The translations under genes and the position numbers were made by a program. Shown here in pieces: positions 20,423 through 31,798 of a stretch of 64,000 nt of DNA. The stretch comes from Porphyridium purpureum (taxonomy: Eukaryota), in NCBI GenBank assembly GCA_008690995.1, contig VRMN01000002.1, positions 682,001 through 746,000 of the forward strand. Direction: 5' to 3'. Position 1 is the stretch's first letter, and each line of letters starts with the position of its first letter. The notes beneath the pieces were generated by a model. The model had not been told where the DNA came from. It saw only the letters and a program-made list of their open reading frames with translations, and did no database searches.

Positions 20423-21484
20423 CTACAAACGGCTCTCAACTGAAAGCACGTCACTTGCGGGGACATTGTCCTTGGTGTACAAGCGTACGACGCGCTTGCG
20501 GTTATCTTCGCTGAGGTGTAGCGCAAATTCTGAGTTCCAAGGAACATTCAAATCGAGCGAGGCCGGCGAGACAACATATGCGCCATGTGATAGCAAATAC
20601 ATGACATGAGTGTGCGGCGCGGACCCTAGAATGATGCGATTATTTCCATCGTACTCCCCGTACGTTGTGGTGATTGTGGGCTCCTCTTGCTTGGCTGCTC
20701 CTTGACTCACATTGTTCAATCTTAGAATCTCGTCTACCGTTGCTGGAACTTTGGGCCTCTTCTGCTGTGCGTCACTGGCACTCTTTTCCGAAATCAGAGC
20801 GTCAGACAGCCTTGCCTGCATTTTCTGAGAGCGGCGCACAGCAGCCTCGCCGTCCCACCCAAACGTTGAGATCAGATCGAAATTCATGAATCCTGAGCCC
20901 GCGACCTTGCTTCGCTTCATTCTGGCTTGTCCCTGCCAGGTCCCTAGCAAGCTCACAATACTCAGCGGGTCACGGTTTTCCCAGCACGCGTCGCGCACCT
21001 CTTCGCAAAGAACGATGCGTTCCAGGCACTTGGCTGCGTCGTAGCACACGAAACATCTGAACCGCTCCGTCGCTGAAAGACTGACGCAGTGCTCAATTGC
21101 CATGGTGGTCAGAAAGCCTGCCGACGCGCCTCTCGGTCCATACGGGTACCCTTCAAACATCCAGTGCTCCGAACTGAACGATCCGCCATCCGAGAACACG
21201 AACACGTCCTCGCAATTGTAGCGCAACGTGAACGCATGCCTACTCTGCTCACCAGCGCCCGTGGTGATCTCGCCGCTCACTCGCGTCAGCGCATCATCGC
21301 CGCTATCGTTCTGCTCCACTCGCGCGTTGCTGACGACGTACTCGAACCGCGCCGAGTCGGCGGTGATACAGCTTCCCGTGGCCGCGCTCCACTGCGTTGC
21401 GCGGCCGTGCCAAACACCTGCCCACTGCTCCTTCAATCGCGACAAGCTCTCGCCTTCGCCGCCTCCTAATGCGTCGTATACCAT
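20423..21484 (-). CDS. DUF3598-like beta-barrel protein (cyanobacterial/plant type)
   Basis: Two W-x-G-x-W-x-G-like motifs (WAGVWHG, LLGTWQG), IEHCV...RFR and RKRVVRLY. Start uncertain. Confidence 0.6.
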   Translation of the reverse strand: MVYDALGGGEGESLSRLKEQWAGVWHGRATQWSAATGSCITADSARFEYVVSNARVEQNDSGDDALTRVSGEITTGAGEQSRHAFTLRYNCEDVFVFSDGGSFSSEHWMFEGYPYGPRGASAGFLTTMAIEHCVSLSATERFRCFVCYDAAKCLERIVLCEEVRDACWENRDPLSIVSLLGTWQGQARMKRSKVAGSGFMNFDLISTFGWDGEAAVRRSQKMQARLSDALISEKSASDAQQKRPKVPATVDEILRLNNVSQGAAKQEEPTITTTYGEYDGNNRIILGSAPHTHVMYLLSHGAYVVSPASLDLNVPWNSEFALHLSEDNRKRVVRLYTKDNVPASDVLSVESRL

Positions 21485-21601
21485 CCTTCCGGTTGTCCTT
21501 GCGCGTCCATTCGCACCCGCCCGACGCACTCCAGCTTCGGCTCCACGCCCCCGCGACACGGCGCGCCGCACCGCGCGCGCGCGTCACCACCAGCAACAGC
21601 G

Positions 21602-21656
21602 GTACAGTTGCATACTGTACATACTGTACACGATGAGGTGTATGGCGGGGTACAGT
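21602..21656. promoter_or_regulatory. Cluster of four ACTGTAC/GTACAGT motifs (candidate promoter element)
   Basis: Copies at 21602, 21614, 21623 and 21650 in the ~180-bp gap upstream of the 21484 start. Confidence 0.6.
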
Positions 21657-21663
21657 TGTCGGT

Positions 21664-24219
21664 TCAGCAAATGCGCGGAGACATGTCTGGGCTGTCGTCC
21701 GTGCTGAGATCGGGTGCGGGCGGGACGTTGGCCCACAGCCAGGACGGCACCCGCGCCACGCCGCCTCCGGCGCCGCCTCGACTTGCCGCGCTGAGCGACG
21801 TGTCACGCAGGCTGCCGCCAGAGTTTTCTCGAGAAAGAGCAAAGGTGTCCTTGAGTGGCGTCGACGACGAGAGCGACGGCAAGTTTAGACCGCCGCCCTT
21901 GCTGTGCGACTTGGATGAGAGCCCGCTGCCCCGAGAGAGATAGTCCACACAGCCTTGCAGCGTCAGCTCAATCAGACAGTGGTGCCGGATTTCGTCGATT
22001 TTCGGATACGCCATGCTGGCGCCGCGGTCGAGCAGGTCAGAAACCATGTCGACAGTTGGATTCTGGAACAGACGGAGCCAGTCGCCCGCACGCACATCTG
22101 CAACCAAGTTCACGTCACCCGTGTACGGCTGCATGAAAACGTGGTACAGCCGTTTAAATGACTCTGGCACCAAGTCATAGTGAAACAGCTGCCACAGCCG
22201 AAACTGGAGTTCCTGCAGCGAAAACTTAACCACACCAAACTTCAGCAGCCAGCTCTTTTGCAGCATGGCCACATGTGGATTCACCTGGCTCACTACAAAA
22301 TGGTTAACGCTGAAAAGCTCGCTGATCCGGCTGAGCGGAATGTCGGCGTCCACGCTGCCATCCTGCCAGCGCAGGCCATCCGGATGGTAGGAGACAATGT
22401 TGCCATCGGCGTTCTTGGCGACTAGATGCACTGGTGCAAAGATCACCGGTAGTGCACAGCTTGCAGCGGCCGCGCTCCAGATGAGAACGTTCGGTGTGGT
22501 TAGATAGTTAAGCAGTAGTGGAGGGTCGCCCTTTCTTAGCGGCGAGACCGAAATATTGAGAATGCGGCGCGTGCGCATGTACGCCTCTTCGAATGTCAAG
22601 TCGCCTAGATTCTCTCGCAACGATGACGTCAGAGTACGCACATCAAACATCGTACCCTTCTTGACAAACCGTGCCAGCCGCTTCCATGGCGACGTCGAGT
22701 CGAAAAATTCGAGTTGCAAGGGCCGACCCGTCGTTGGAAGCGGGAAACCTTTTGGATTTTTCAAAAACGCTGCAATTTCCCGACGCGTGAGTGTGCAGAG
22801 CAACGAGGCCACCAAGGCGCCCGCCGAAGTGCCGCACACGACGCGCGGGAGCAAGTTGCATTCGATAAGCGCCTTCCCAACGCCGAGATGCAAAAGGCCA
22901 AGCGTCGATCCACCCGATAGCATGAGCGCCGTGCGTCCGTATGCATGTCGAGTCTCGTTGAAGAAATTAAGCTTATGCTGTACAAAGTTTTGGTTCTGAT
23001 TCGCGAAGCGTTTTGGCGGCGAGAACTTGGCGATTCGAATCAGTAAGAAAACCATAACGTTCAAGTAGTCTTCCACATCGCGCTTAGAGCCGACGTACGA
23101 GTGCGCGTGGAGCTCTGGGTTGCAAATCCCGCCGAGGTTACGCACCAGGCCAGAGCGAACAGAAAACATGAGCCCTTCCACGTCGCCGCGCTTGTAAAGC
23201 CGCGCCACGTCAATTAAGCGCGCCAAGAGTACGTTCGCGTCGTACAACTTGTTGTCTGTTACCGGTTCGACTTTCCATGCTTGGTTGTTCAAAAGCACAT
23301 CCAGCTGCATTCCGGCATGGTAGTACTCGGCATACGACCGCGCCGTTTTGAGCTGCCGCTTGTATTTGTCGATCAAGACCATGTTCTGCCTGTCGCGACT
23401 TTTGCGTAGCCGCTTTACGTTAGCCTTCATGCGACCAACCTGCTTGGTCGCGAATGCTATCCACCACAAACTGAGATCGAACCACCACAAAAAGCACAAC
23501 CGCAGCACCGCGCGTACGTTCAAGAGCAGCGCTGCGCGTCTATCATCCGACACGGACAAAGCTCCGCCGCCCTGGGAGCCCTGTGCGTGGATCCTATTCT
23601 TCTTATCTTCCGATTCGCTCCATTTCTCAAGCCACCTATGCACGGATACCGAAGCACCCGAGCCAAAGACGTCCTGCTCGCTTGACCCGGTTTCATTAGC
23701 ATCAAACAAGCGCTCCTCCTCTACTCTGTTTAGCTCGTACCAGCCGGAGCGCGTGGGCGCCCGACGGAGCTCATTCTGACCATCGCGGTCACCAGCGCCA
23801 CCGTCGGCGCTCTTCCCGCGAGCCGCGCCGCGTCGTGCTTTGCGCGCAAGAAATTGCGTTACTCGGTACGTGCGCGGGTCGAACCAGTCCATATACCATC
23901 GCGCAAACTGCTGCAACCTCGAGTCGCTCTCACTCGGCGCGCTCGCTTGCTCGAGGTTCGCGGCGGACGTCACGACCTCACTGCCTCGTGCATTTACCTG
24001 TGCGTTCTCACGCACACGTGAGTCGCCCATTTCTGAGCGCGGACTTAACGCTGCCTCGGACTTGCTTGTCTGCAGGGCGCACTCCAACGCGTGGGCATCA
24101 CGCCGTAAGTTCTCTGTCAGGCTCGAACTCGACATTGACCTGACTGACGACCTTGCGCCGAACACCCGTACGTCTGCATCTGGTATTCCATCCTTCAATG
24201 CTCGTTGAGCGGATGCCAT
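21664..24219 (-). CDS. SDP1: Patatin-like triacylglycerol lipase, SDP1/TGL family
   Basis: YGRTALMLSGG, GTSAG nucleophile, LTFEEAY..T.RILNI, LLNYLTTPNVLIWSA, DGS, FVVSQVNPH. Confidence 0.93.
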   Translation of the reverse strand: MASAQRALKDGIPDADVRVFGARSSVRSMSSSSLTENLRRDAHALECALQTSKSEAALSPRSEMGDSRVRENAQVNARGSEVVTSAANLEQASAPSESDSRLQQFARWYMDWFDPRTYRVTQFLARKARRGAARGKSADGGAGDRDGQNELRRAPTRSGWYELNRVEEERLFDANETGSSEQDVFGSGASVSVHRWLEKWSESEDKKNRIHAQGSQGGGALSVSDDRRAALLLNVRAVLRLCFLWWFDLSLWWIAFATKQVGRMKANVKRLRKSRDRQNMVLIDKYKRQLKTARSYAEYYHAGMQLDVLLNNQAWKVEPVTDNKLYDANVLLARLIDVARLYKRGDVEGLMFSVRSGLVRNLGGICNPELHAHSYVGSKRDVEDYLNVMVFLLIRIAKFSPPKRFANQNQNFVQHKLNFFNETRHAYGRTALMLSGGSTLGLLHLGVGKALIECNLLPRVVCGTSAGALVASLLCTLTRREIAAFLKNPKGFPLPTTGRPLQLEFFDSTSPWKRLARFVKKGTMFDVRTLTSSLRENLGDLTFEEAYMRTRRILNISVSPLRKGDPPLLLNYLTTPNVLIWSAAAASCALPVIFAPVHLVAKNADGNIVSYHPDGLRWQDGSVDADIPLSRISELFSVNHFVVSQVNPHVAMLQKSWLLKFGVVKFSLQELQFRLWQLFHYDLVPESFKRLYHVFMQPYTGDVNLVADVRAGDWLRLFQNPTVDMVSDLLDRGASMAYPKIDEIRHHCLIELTLQGCVDYLSRGSGLSSKSHSKGGGLNLPSLSSSTPLKDTFALSRENSGGSLRDTSLSAASRGGAGGGVARVPSWLWANVPPAPDLSTDDSPDMSPRIC

Positions 24220-24236
24220 CTTGTCAGCTCAGCGTA

Positions 24237-24263
24237 TGTGTGTGTGTGTGTGTGTGTGTGTGT
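24237..24263. repeat. (TG)n microsatellite just upstream of the lipase start
   Basis: Read directly from the sequence. Confidence 0.95.
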
Positions 24264-24846
24264 CGCCTTCCGTCGTCTCCTTCCGACCGCGCAGTGCAAG
24301 CGACCAAGAGCCGCTCCTTCACTCGCCGCGCGTTGAAACGTCGCGTGTAAGCGTTGTGATATTTTGAGCGCATTTTAACAGACGCACGACGCAACTGGCG
24401 CGGCAGCGATACTCGCAAGGTGGTTCCTGGATCCGCAGGCGGGGACGCGATGTCTGGCTCGGACGCTGGCTGTGCACGCGCAGTCACATGGGCACGGCAA
24501 CAAGCAGCGCGCGCCACGCGCTATGGTAGTGGTTCTGTGTTTGAAGGTGAAGAAAAATCTCGTCCAAGGAAGGTACATGTAATGTTTGTCCCCCGACGCG
24601 TAAGCACGCACGGAACGTTAGCCATGATCGGACAGACGCCACATGCTGCCGCAACGCCCAAGAGATATCCTTCGACAAATGCTCTTAAACGGGTGCTTAG
24701 GAAACGCGCTACCACATAAAATGGGCGCAAGCGGATCATTCAATCAGCGGACCGATCCATCCGAGTCGATGCGTTTCTCCTTCCTATCAGACCAAGAACC
24801 TTGCAAGGAGAACAAGGCAGATTCCTGTCTGTGTGCGGCGTCGAGA

Positions 24847-26105
24847 TGGAATCGAATGTATCGTTGAAGAAGCATGAAAGATGCTGGCGATGGCAACATT
24901 CAGCGCGCATGCGCTCCGCAGACTCGCGACGCTTGGTACGTGCAGCATTCGGAGTTGGCCATGGTCATTGCGAAAAGGCGGGAGATAAGACTCGACCTGT
25001 GGCGCGGAGTGTCTTGCATGTGTGTGGGAAAGCGCCGCGGTGGACGATGGGGTTGAAAGATCAACGTAGGGCGCCCAGAGTGCAGAGTCTGGCGGTGCTT
25101 GCGCTCGTGCCCTTGTGTTGGGGTACTTATAATGTTGCAGTGCGGACAGTGTACGACGCGCTTCCGCTCGCTCCTCTCCAGCTCAACGCGCTCTGCTATA
25201 TCGTTTCCTCAGCATCGCTTCTAGCGGTTTCACGCCTCGAAGAGCGTTTTCGGCCTAGCCTTGAACCGAATGATGTACTTGTGCCGTCGGAGCCGCAATC
25301 GCCTTGGTCACTGCAACGCATATCCAAGAATCCAAGTATCGTTCTTGTGGCATTTGAACTCGCCATGTATTTATTTGCCGGGTCAACCCTTCAACTTTTT
25401 GCTCTGCGGACTGCAAATCCAAGCAAGGCAGCCTTTTTGATCCAAACAACATCAGCCATGGTTCCGGCCGCAGAATCCGTTCTTCGGATAGCCTCAGGCC
25501 AGCGGCGCTGGAATTCGATGCCAAACGTTAGGGTCTTTGCCGCTGTTCTTCTTGCAGCGAGTGGCGTCGCCCTAGTATCGCTTGACGAAGCCGCCAGCGC
25601 GATCCACCTTGAACAGGTTGATGCGTTGATACTCCTTGCCGCAGCGTGCTACTCTATGCACGTGCTGCGTCTCTCACACCTTTCGCAACGCCTGGCTGCG
25701 ACGCTTCCTGAATTTTCCTCTGTCATGCTCGCGCGCCTCAAGGCGCAATGGCAGCTGTTGTTTGCGCTACTCGGCGTAATGGTGTCCGCGGAGCTAAACC
25801 ACGATATCCCTCTGCAAAGTATGAGTGAGATGGGACAGCAGACATGGGCTTCATTTGGCCTTGCTGTGCTTTGGATTGGGGGCATCTGCTCTGCGCTACC
25901 CACCTGGGCGCAGACGCAAGGACAAAGAGACGTGGATGCGTCGTCAGCGGCGTTAATGTACGCGTCGCAGCCCATTTGGAGTTCCGTATTTGCGTACCTG
26001 TGCCTCGATGAACCCGTTCCGACGGAGGTAGGACCTGCAGCTGCCGCGTTTCTTCTCAGTGCACTGGTTGTTGCGCGCGGAGAAGAAGAACAGAACGGCG
26101 ACTGA
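24847..26105 (+). CDS. EamA/DMT-family transporter, likely plastid
   Basis: About 10 TM segments; CWGTY, KAAFLIQTTSAMVP, QTQGQRDVDASSAALMYASQPIWSSVFA. Start uncertain. Confidence 0.85.
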
Positions 26106-26132
26106 CGAGAAGAATATCGTGATTCGCCTTCT

Positions 26133-27806
26133 TTAATTTGAGTCTCGCTCCGGGCCGACTTCGCTACGAGTAGCTGCAGTTCGCCTTTCCGCGACGCGAC
26201 TGCTCCCACCCGCATCCGAGCCGGCTCGTGCTGGAGAATTGCGTGCAAATGCTGTCGGTTTCTTAAGTCTCGAACCGACACCGGCTGTTTGTACTGGCGC
26301 TGCACCTGAAGAGATGCTTTGTACCGGGCGCTGCTTGGGCAGAGGCCCCTTCACAGCCGACGCTGGCGTGGAGCTCAAGGACGACGCCGTGCGTTCTGGA
26401 ATGAGTATATCGGGTCGCGCAAGGCGCCGCTGGGTGCTTGGGTCAAGCCTGGTGTAAATACGCGCTGCGCGAGATGGGTTCAGCTCGAGCAGTTTCTCGT
26501 AGCCTTCACAGCCATACTTTCGAGCCAACGCAGACTGGTCGCGCACGGACAAGAGTATTGCGCGCTCAATAGCCCTCGTCTGCTCGTTTTCTTCGTCCGT
26601 TTTGAGCATGTCGCATGCGTCCTGCCTGTGCGTCACTAGCAATATGTAAGCCGCACAGTGCTCGCGCAGGACCTTGTGAGTCGCCTTCTCCAGCGTCTCG
26701 GAAACGAGTGACACCGTCGCGTCGAGTGCAATGGAAGCGACAATGCGTTGCGCGAGCTCGTCACCTGAAACTTCCATAATCTTTGTCGTTTTGATCACCT
26801 GTCCGAATGCTGCACGGAGAAATTGAGCGGCGTATCGCCGCATGAGCGCAGGCACTGTTTCCGCCAGACATCCGGTGGTTTCGCAAGCCTCTTTCACGAC
26901 CGCGGATCTGAGGTCCGAGATTTGCGTCACAAGCGGTTTGACAAGCTCATGAAGAAACACCGGGAACGATTTGCAAGCCGCAGCGTTTTTCTCAAGCACC
27001 AACACGCGGATTCGTTGTATGGCGGCCACCCGGCCATCCCACGCCGCAGACGACGTCCCGGCGAGTGTGCTGGCAAGCTCGTTCGTCTCACGTTGTAGGG
27101 CGTCATCCGTAATACACATGTCTGAGATATCTACACCTTTCGCATACCTTGTCATCGCTGCTGCAGCTTTGGACGAGTGCGCCCCCACGCCCTTCGCCGA
27201 AGCAGAAGGGTTTACAGGAGGCCGAGTCCCAGAGCGTGCCCCACCACCCGAAGCGACGTGTCTTCGTATCGATGCAGGCCGAGGCCCGTCTATTGGTTCG
27301 AATTTTGATTCGCTCGTTGTCCGCGGCCGTGTTTCCGAGGACAGCTCGGGAACTGCCGCTGTTGTGTTGGCGTCAGATACAGCGTCGAACTGACTCTCGA
27401 GTTGCGTCGGGACTTCGGCTGGTTCGTCTGCTAAAATGAAAGCCGCCGGCAGACGGGGTGGTGTTGTTGAATCGACTGACTCCGCGTCGTTCTGCGCTTT
27501 TGTTTCTGCTCGCATGGGACTGACTTTGGGTACTGGCAGTCGTGAGATATAGCCCTTGCGCAAACCCTGGGCCGTCGCGGTCGGCGTGGTATCTGCCTTT
27601 GCTGGCGCCGCACAAGTCTGTCTGTTTGGAGCATGATGCTCACGCTGTCCGAGCCCGTCGTTTTCTTTATCTGCTGGGTCAGGTGCTCGAAAGATCTCGA
27701 CTTGAGGATTCGCAAGCACAAGCTTTTCTGCGACTTGACGCGCCAGAGCGGCGAGCTCGACAGGCTCGATATTGCCGTCAATGCCTGACGCACGAAAGAC
27801 ATCCAT
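26133..27806 (-). CDS. CLASP-N (TOG) domain microtubule-associated protein
   Basis: WDGRVAAIQRIR, QISDLRSAVVKEAC, LREHCAAY and RDQSALAR, with disordered flanks. Confidence 0.82.
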   Translation of the reverse strand: MDVFRASGIDGNIEPVELAALARQVAEKLVLANPQVEIFRAPDPADKENDGLGQREHHAPNRQTCAAPAKADTTPTATAQGLRKGYISRLPVPKVSPMRAETKAQNDAESVDSTTPPRLPAAFILADEPAEVPTQLESQFDAVSDANTTAAVPELSSETRPRTTSESKFEPIDGPRPASIRRHVASGGGARSGTRPPVNPSASAKGVGAHSSKAAAAMTRYAKGVDISDMCITDDALQRETNELASTLAGTSSAAWDGRVAAIQRIRVLVLEKNAAACKSFPVFLHELVKPLVTQISDLRSAVVKEACETTGCLAETVPALMRRYAAQFLRAAFGQVIKTTKIMEVSGDELAQRIVASIALDATVSLVSETLEKATHKVLREHCAAYILLVTHRQDACDMLKTDEENEQTRAIERAILLSVRDQSALARKYGCEGYEKLLELNPSRAARIYTRLDPSTQRRLARPDILIPERTASSLSSTPASAVKGPLPKQRPVQSISSGAAPVQTAGVGSRLKKPTAFARNSPARAGSDAGGSSRVAERRTAATRSEVGPERDSN

Positions 27807-28017
27807 CTTTTCTGGGTGTGCGCGGGCCACTCAGAGTGCCTGCGGCCTTTTTGTCCGGGTTCGGGCTAGGTTCCTTTTCGTCAACTCGCGGTCTATGTCT
27901 CTTCCTCGTCCATCGGACCACAGGATTACCCAAGTCAACCATCCGGTGACTCTTCGCAACGTGCAGTCGAAACAAGCGCATTTTCGTAGGAAACCATGTT
28001 CAAATTTTTGAAACTCG

Positions 28018-29019
28018 ATGCAGCTCGCAGGTAAAGATGGTGTGCGAGCGAGTGTGGGTGCGCCGGACGGTGTGAAGGTCGTGGCAGTGTCTTATGGACC
28101 AGGTTTGGACGGGGGCGCCAGAGAAGGGCCAGCGACCTGGTTGCTGCGACTATTTTTCCACAAAATGGAGAACGACACTGCCGCGTCATTCTCGTACAGC
28201 GCTGACCGTATTTTGCAAGGCAGGACCTTGAGTGAGGCAATGGCTCTTCTGAATCAGCGGGAGGCGTCAGTGGTCTCAGCAGAAACCCCTCAGGGCACTA
28301 CGCGCCAGATCAGGCTGCCTGCAGACGAGAATAAACAGCCGCAAGCACATCCCAACGAGATGCTCGACGCGCAAATGAAACCGGGAAAGGCGACAAGAAC
28401 GTATTCAAAATCAGAAAGGCGTCTGCTGTCCGTGTCGAAAGAGCCAAGGCCACCGACGCATGAACAGACGTCGAAACATTATGGAATGTCACGGAACTCA
28501 AAGTCGGCCAAGGGACAGACTGCCAGCTCCAGCAACTATCCGGCAGCTGTGCGCTCTAGGCCGCACGTGTCGACGCATGACCCGGAGCTCAACGTGGAAG
28601 CGCAAACGCGAGGTTCAAAACGCATTTCGGAAGCCATGCTAAACCACACGCAGGAGCCGCCTGTGGCGTACATGGACGATGATTACATGACCTACGTGGA
28701 GAATGAAATCAAGCGGGGACGGATGAGGCGAAGCCTTCAATTGGATCGATCCTCGATCTCGCCATATCCTGTAAGTCGCCACAACACCAGACATGCGCGT
28801 GCTGCCGACAAAGCATTCGGTCACACGCATTCCGCAGCCAAGTCGCGCTCGAAGTTTAGCGGGTTCGGCCTCCTTGGGCTGGGGACAAAGACAAAGAAGA
28901 CTGAACACACCCATGACTGCCAGACAATTTCGTCATCTGAGCCCAAGTCAAGCCGTGACCGACTTGCACATGTGCCCAAGTCCCGGGAATACACGAATCG
29001 TCGCAGCCTTCAGATGTAA
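28018..29019 (+). CDS. Hypothetical basic, disordered protein
   Basis: 333-aa ORF fills the gap between genes; no domain recognised. Alternative start at 28165. Confidence 0.55.
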   Translation: MQLAGKDGVRASVGAPDGVKVVAVSYGPGLDGGAREGPATWLLRLFFHKMENDTAASFSYSADRILQGRTLSEAMALLNQREASVVSAETPQGTTRQIRLPADENKQPQAHPNEMLDAQMKPGKATRTYSKSERRLLSVSKEPRPPTHEQTSKHYGMSRNSKSAKGQTASSSNYPAAVRSRPHVSTHDPELNVEAQTRGSKRISEAMLNHTQEPPVAYMDDDYMTYVENEIKRGRMRRSLQLDRSSISPYPVSRHNTRHARAADKAFGHTHSAAKSRSKFSGFGLLGLGTKTKKTEHTHDCQTISSSEPKSSRDRLAHVPKSREYTNRRSLQM

Positions 29020-29236
29020 AGACGCCATATTGTACAGCAGTGAGTAGCAGCATTTTTCGGCGCCCACTCCGCGACCTTGCCTTGAGTCTGCACCAAGCTC
29101 CAAACATAACACCACGCGACCCGCAACGCAATCAGAGCCGAACGAGCAATCACTCGATCAAAGGAGATGAAATAAGTTGTATTTTTACAAGCTAGCGGCG
29201 GCCCCCGTGATGCTGCGAGGCCCTTTCCAGAGCCTT

Positions 29237-31798
29237 CTACGAAAGCGGAATCGCCTCGAACGCCTCGTCAGCGCTGTCCATATCCACATCCGCAACATCC
29301 TCCCATTCATCCTTGCGCTCATACTCGTCCGAGTCATCCGAAGGCAAGTCGCCCTCCACCTCGCCGTCAAACTCGTCGCCCTCAAACTCGTCGTCGTCGT
29401 CATCGCCGTCGTCCTCCTGGCTCAGCCGCATGTACTCATTAGCTGCGAATCGGTCCCAATCAGAATATTGGGGCGTTGCGCGCTCCTGCTGCAGCTGCAT
29501 CGGATCCTTTGCCTCAGATTCAAAGAACTTGTTCAGATTGAACAGCACGTTGAAAAATTGAGCGGACAGCTTGTTGCGGTAGAGGTCGTTCAGCCGCACG
29601 AACGGCCGCTGAAAGTTTGGTTTCAGCATATCAAACAGCTGGCAAACAATGTCCACGAGCTCGACTGACTCATGGCCAAGGCACTCCATACGGTGCTGTT
29701 GTTCCGCAAAGAAGTATTCGACTTCATCCAATGTAATAATACCATTACCGTCCAGGTCGATGCAGCGAAACCAGTACATGATTGAGGTTCGGCTAGTCTT
29801 GTCTTCCTCGCACAGGCAAAACCACACAAAGTCGGTGTAACCCATGAAGCCAGGCTCTTTGCAGTCATGCGGCCGACCGACACCAGCAAACACGCGGTCC
29901 AGAACGCGACAAGTAAGCGAGTGCCCATTGTACCGCAAAAGATCCTCGCGGTCGATCAGCAAGTCGTGATCCTGGTCAAGCTCCCAAAAGCGGCAGTAAA
30001 GCACGTAAAAGTGCTCGTACGAAAAGAACTTGCGCTCGCGATTAATGTCTTCCTCCTCGTCCAGCTCCATCAGTACGTCCAAAAAGCCGCGATGCACTAC
30101 ATTCCGGAAGTACACCTTGCCAGTAGGGTGATCTGATAAATAAAAAAAGATGCGCTGCACAACTGTTTCCGCATAGCGCTTCTGAAACTCCGGAGTGCTT
30201 GCAAGAAACGCCAGCCCAGGATGACACACCAGCAGGCTCTCAACGAGCTCAAAAAGATCGCCTGGGACAAGGTAGTCACGGTCGGCACCGTTGAGCAAGA
30301 AGTGGAAGAGCCGCGCAGGCCGCGATCGGCCCTTACAATTCACCTCCCAAAACTTCATCACAGCTTGTCGATCGATCTCCTGCTCATCTGGATCTACTTC
30401 ATCAGGCACCTTTTGCTCCTCTTCACCTCCTTCAGCGCAACCGTGGCTTGCACGGTAGATGCGGTCAAATAATACCCCCGAGAAGAAGCTTGGCAGACCA
30501 AACACCTCGACGACCATTTCTGCGAAATCCGGCCGCGAAACCTCATTGCGCGGAACTTCTTCGACCGCCTCGGCACCGTCCTCCACAAAGTCATCGTCAT
30601 CTTTGGCTCTCGAGGGCATTGGCAAATTAAAAAACTCGTGCAAAATATCTTCCTCGATCCGCGCGCTCTCCTCGTCGGCTACGCGCATCGGCACGTAGAA
30701 GGGCGGGATCTCTTGGTCCTGTTTTGGTGCTTCCTTGACCGCATCTAGATCAATGGATGATCGCGCTGTTGTGATTCGCTTGATATCACGCTTCGAGCTC
30801 TTGGACCGGGAAAGAGCGCGCGGGCCCATCTTGGCGTTGCCCGGGGTCATGCCGTTTGGATTCGACGCTTCGGAAAATAAATCACTTCCACCGCTTGGGG
30901 CACGATCCAGCAAGTCCGTGGCAAACGTGTCCAGAGGGCTGTACATCCGCTTCCGCGGTGACAACGCCGCCGCGGATGCCTGGTCTGCGTACTGCCGAGG
31001 GACTGACCCCAGCCCGACATTCTGGCTGATAAATTTGAACAGCTCCGAGTTCCGCGTCGCGTACGGTGCCGCCGCAGGCGTCGACGTGAGAGATGTCTCG
31101 ACAGTCGTGCCATTGCTAGTGCCGATATCTGTGAGAGAAGCACCAAGACCGACAGAGCTCATGCTGAGTAGTCCTGACCCCTCCAAGCTCGAGGCGTGCG
31201 GCAAATCGAGGTGAGACCGTTGCGTGGGCGATCGCTTGCCCATACTGCGCTCGTGAGTGAGTAAATTCCACGCTTGCTGATTTGCTTCGGAGTCTGACAC
31301 CGTGCCCACGATCGCATCCAGTAAGAGCCTGGGCTCATTGGTGCACAGCCACTGGAAGAGCAGCGTGTCGATTCGTAACTTGGCGTTTGGGCAGCAATCC
31401 GAACCGCGTAAGCGCGCTTTCCGCCGGGCGTCATTGGTGGAGACGCGCGGTGACATGAGCGGGAGCAAGTATGACGCGGTCCGCGCTTGCATACCGCCAG
31501 GACCGCCCGGCTGCGCGCCGCGATCACTGCCTAGGCTACCTTCGCTGCTCGTGCGCTGATCTAAACCCCTCTCTTTGGCGCCTGCGCCCGGTTGCAGCGT
31601 TTGAGCACCGACCAGATCCACTGGCGCATGCTCAAACTTGACGCTCAGCTTCGCGACATGATTCGCGGCGGCCTTACCGGCGGCGCCATCCTGCGCGTGC
31701 TGCCGCGCGTCGTCCGCATCCACCTGCGCGTCTGTGACCTCTTCGCTGGACGCCAGCCCTGTGATCCCACTGGGCCGCTTCTTCACCCGCCCTTCCAT
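29237..31798 (-). CDS. Protein phosphatase 2A regulatory subunit B'' (EF-hand)
   Basis: HPGLAFLASTPEFQKRYAETV, FSYEHFYVLYCRFWELDQDHD, YWFRCIDLDGNG, SDWDRFA..EY. Confidence 0.95.
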   Translation of the reverse strand: MEGRVKKRPSGITGLASSEEVTDAQVDADDARQHAQDGAAGKAAANHVAKLSVKFEHAPVDLVGAQTLQPGAGAKERGLDQRTSSEGSLGSDRGAQPGGPGGMQARTASYLLPLMSPRVSTNDARRKARLRGSDCCPNAKLRIDTLLFQWLCTNEPRLLLDAIVGTVSDSEANQQAWNLLTHERSMGKRSPTQRSHLDLPHASSLEGSGLLSMSSVGLGASLTDIGTSNGTTVETSLTSTPAAAPYATRNSELFKFISQNVGLGSVPRQYADQASAAALSPRKRMYSPLDTFATDLLDRAPSGGSDLFSEASNPNGMTPGNAKMGPRALSRSKSSKRDIKRITTARSSIDLDAVKEAPKQDQEIPPFYVPMRVADEESARIEEDILHEFFNLPMPSRAKDDDDFVEDGAEAVEEVPRNEVSRPDFAEMVVEVFGLPSFFSGVLFDRIYRASHGCAEGGEEEQKVPDEVDPDEQEIDRQAVMKFWEVNCKGRSRPARLFHFLLNGADRDYLVPGDLFELVESLLVCHPGLAFLASTPEFQKRYAETVVQRIFFYLSDHPTGKVYFRNVVHRGFLDVLMELDEEEDINRERKFFSYEHFYVLYCRFWELDQDHDLLIDREDLLRYNGHSLTCRVLDRVFAGVGRPHDCKEPGFMGYTDFVWFCLCEEDKTSRTSIMYWFRCIDLDGNGIITLDEVEYFFAEQQHRMECLGHESVELVDIVCQLFDMLKPNFQRPFVRLNDLYRNKLSAQFFNVLFNLNKFFESEAKDPMQLQQERATPQYSDWDRFAANEYMRLSQEDDGDDDDDEFEGDEFDGEVEGDLPSDDSDEYERKDEWEDVADVDMDSADEAFEAIPLS

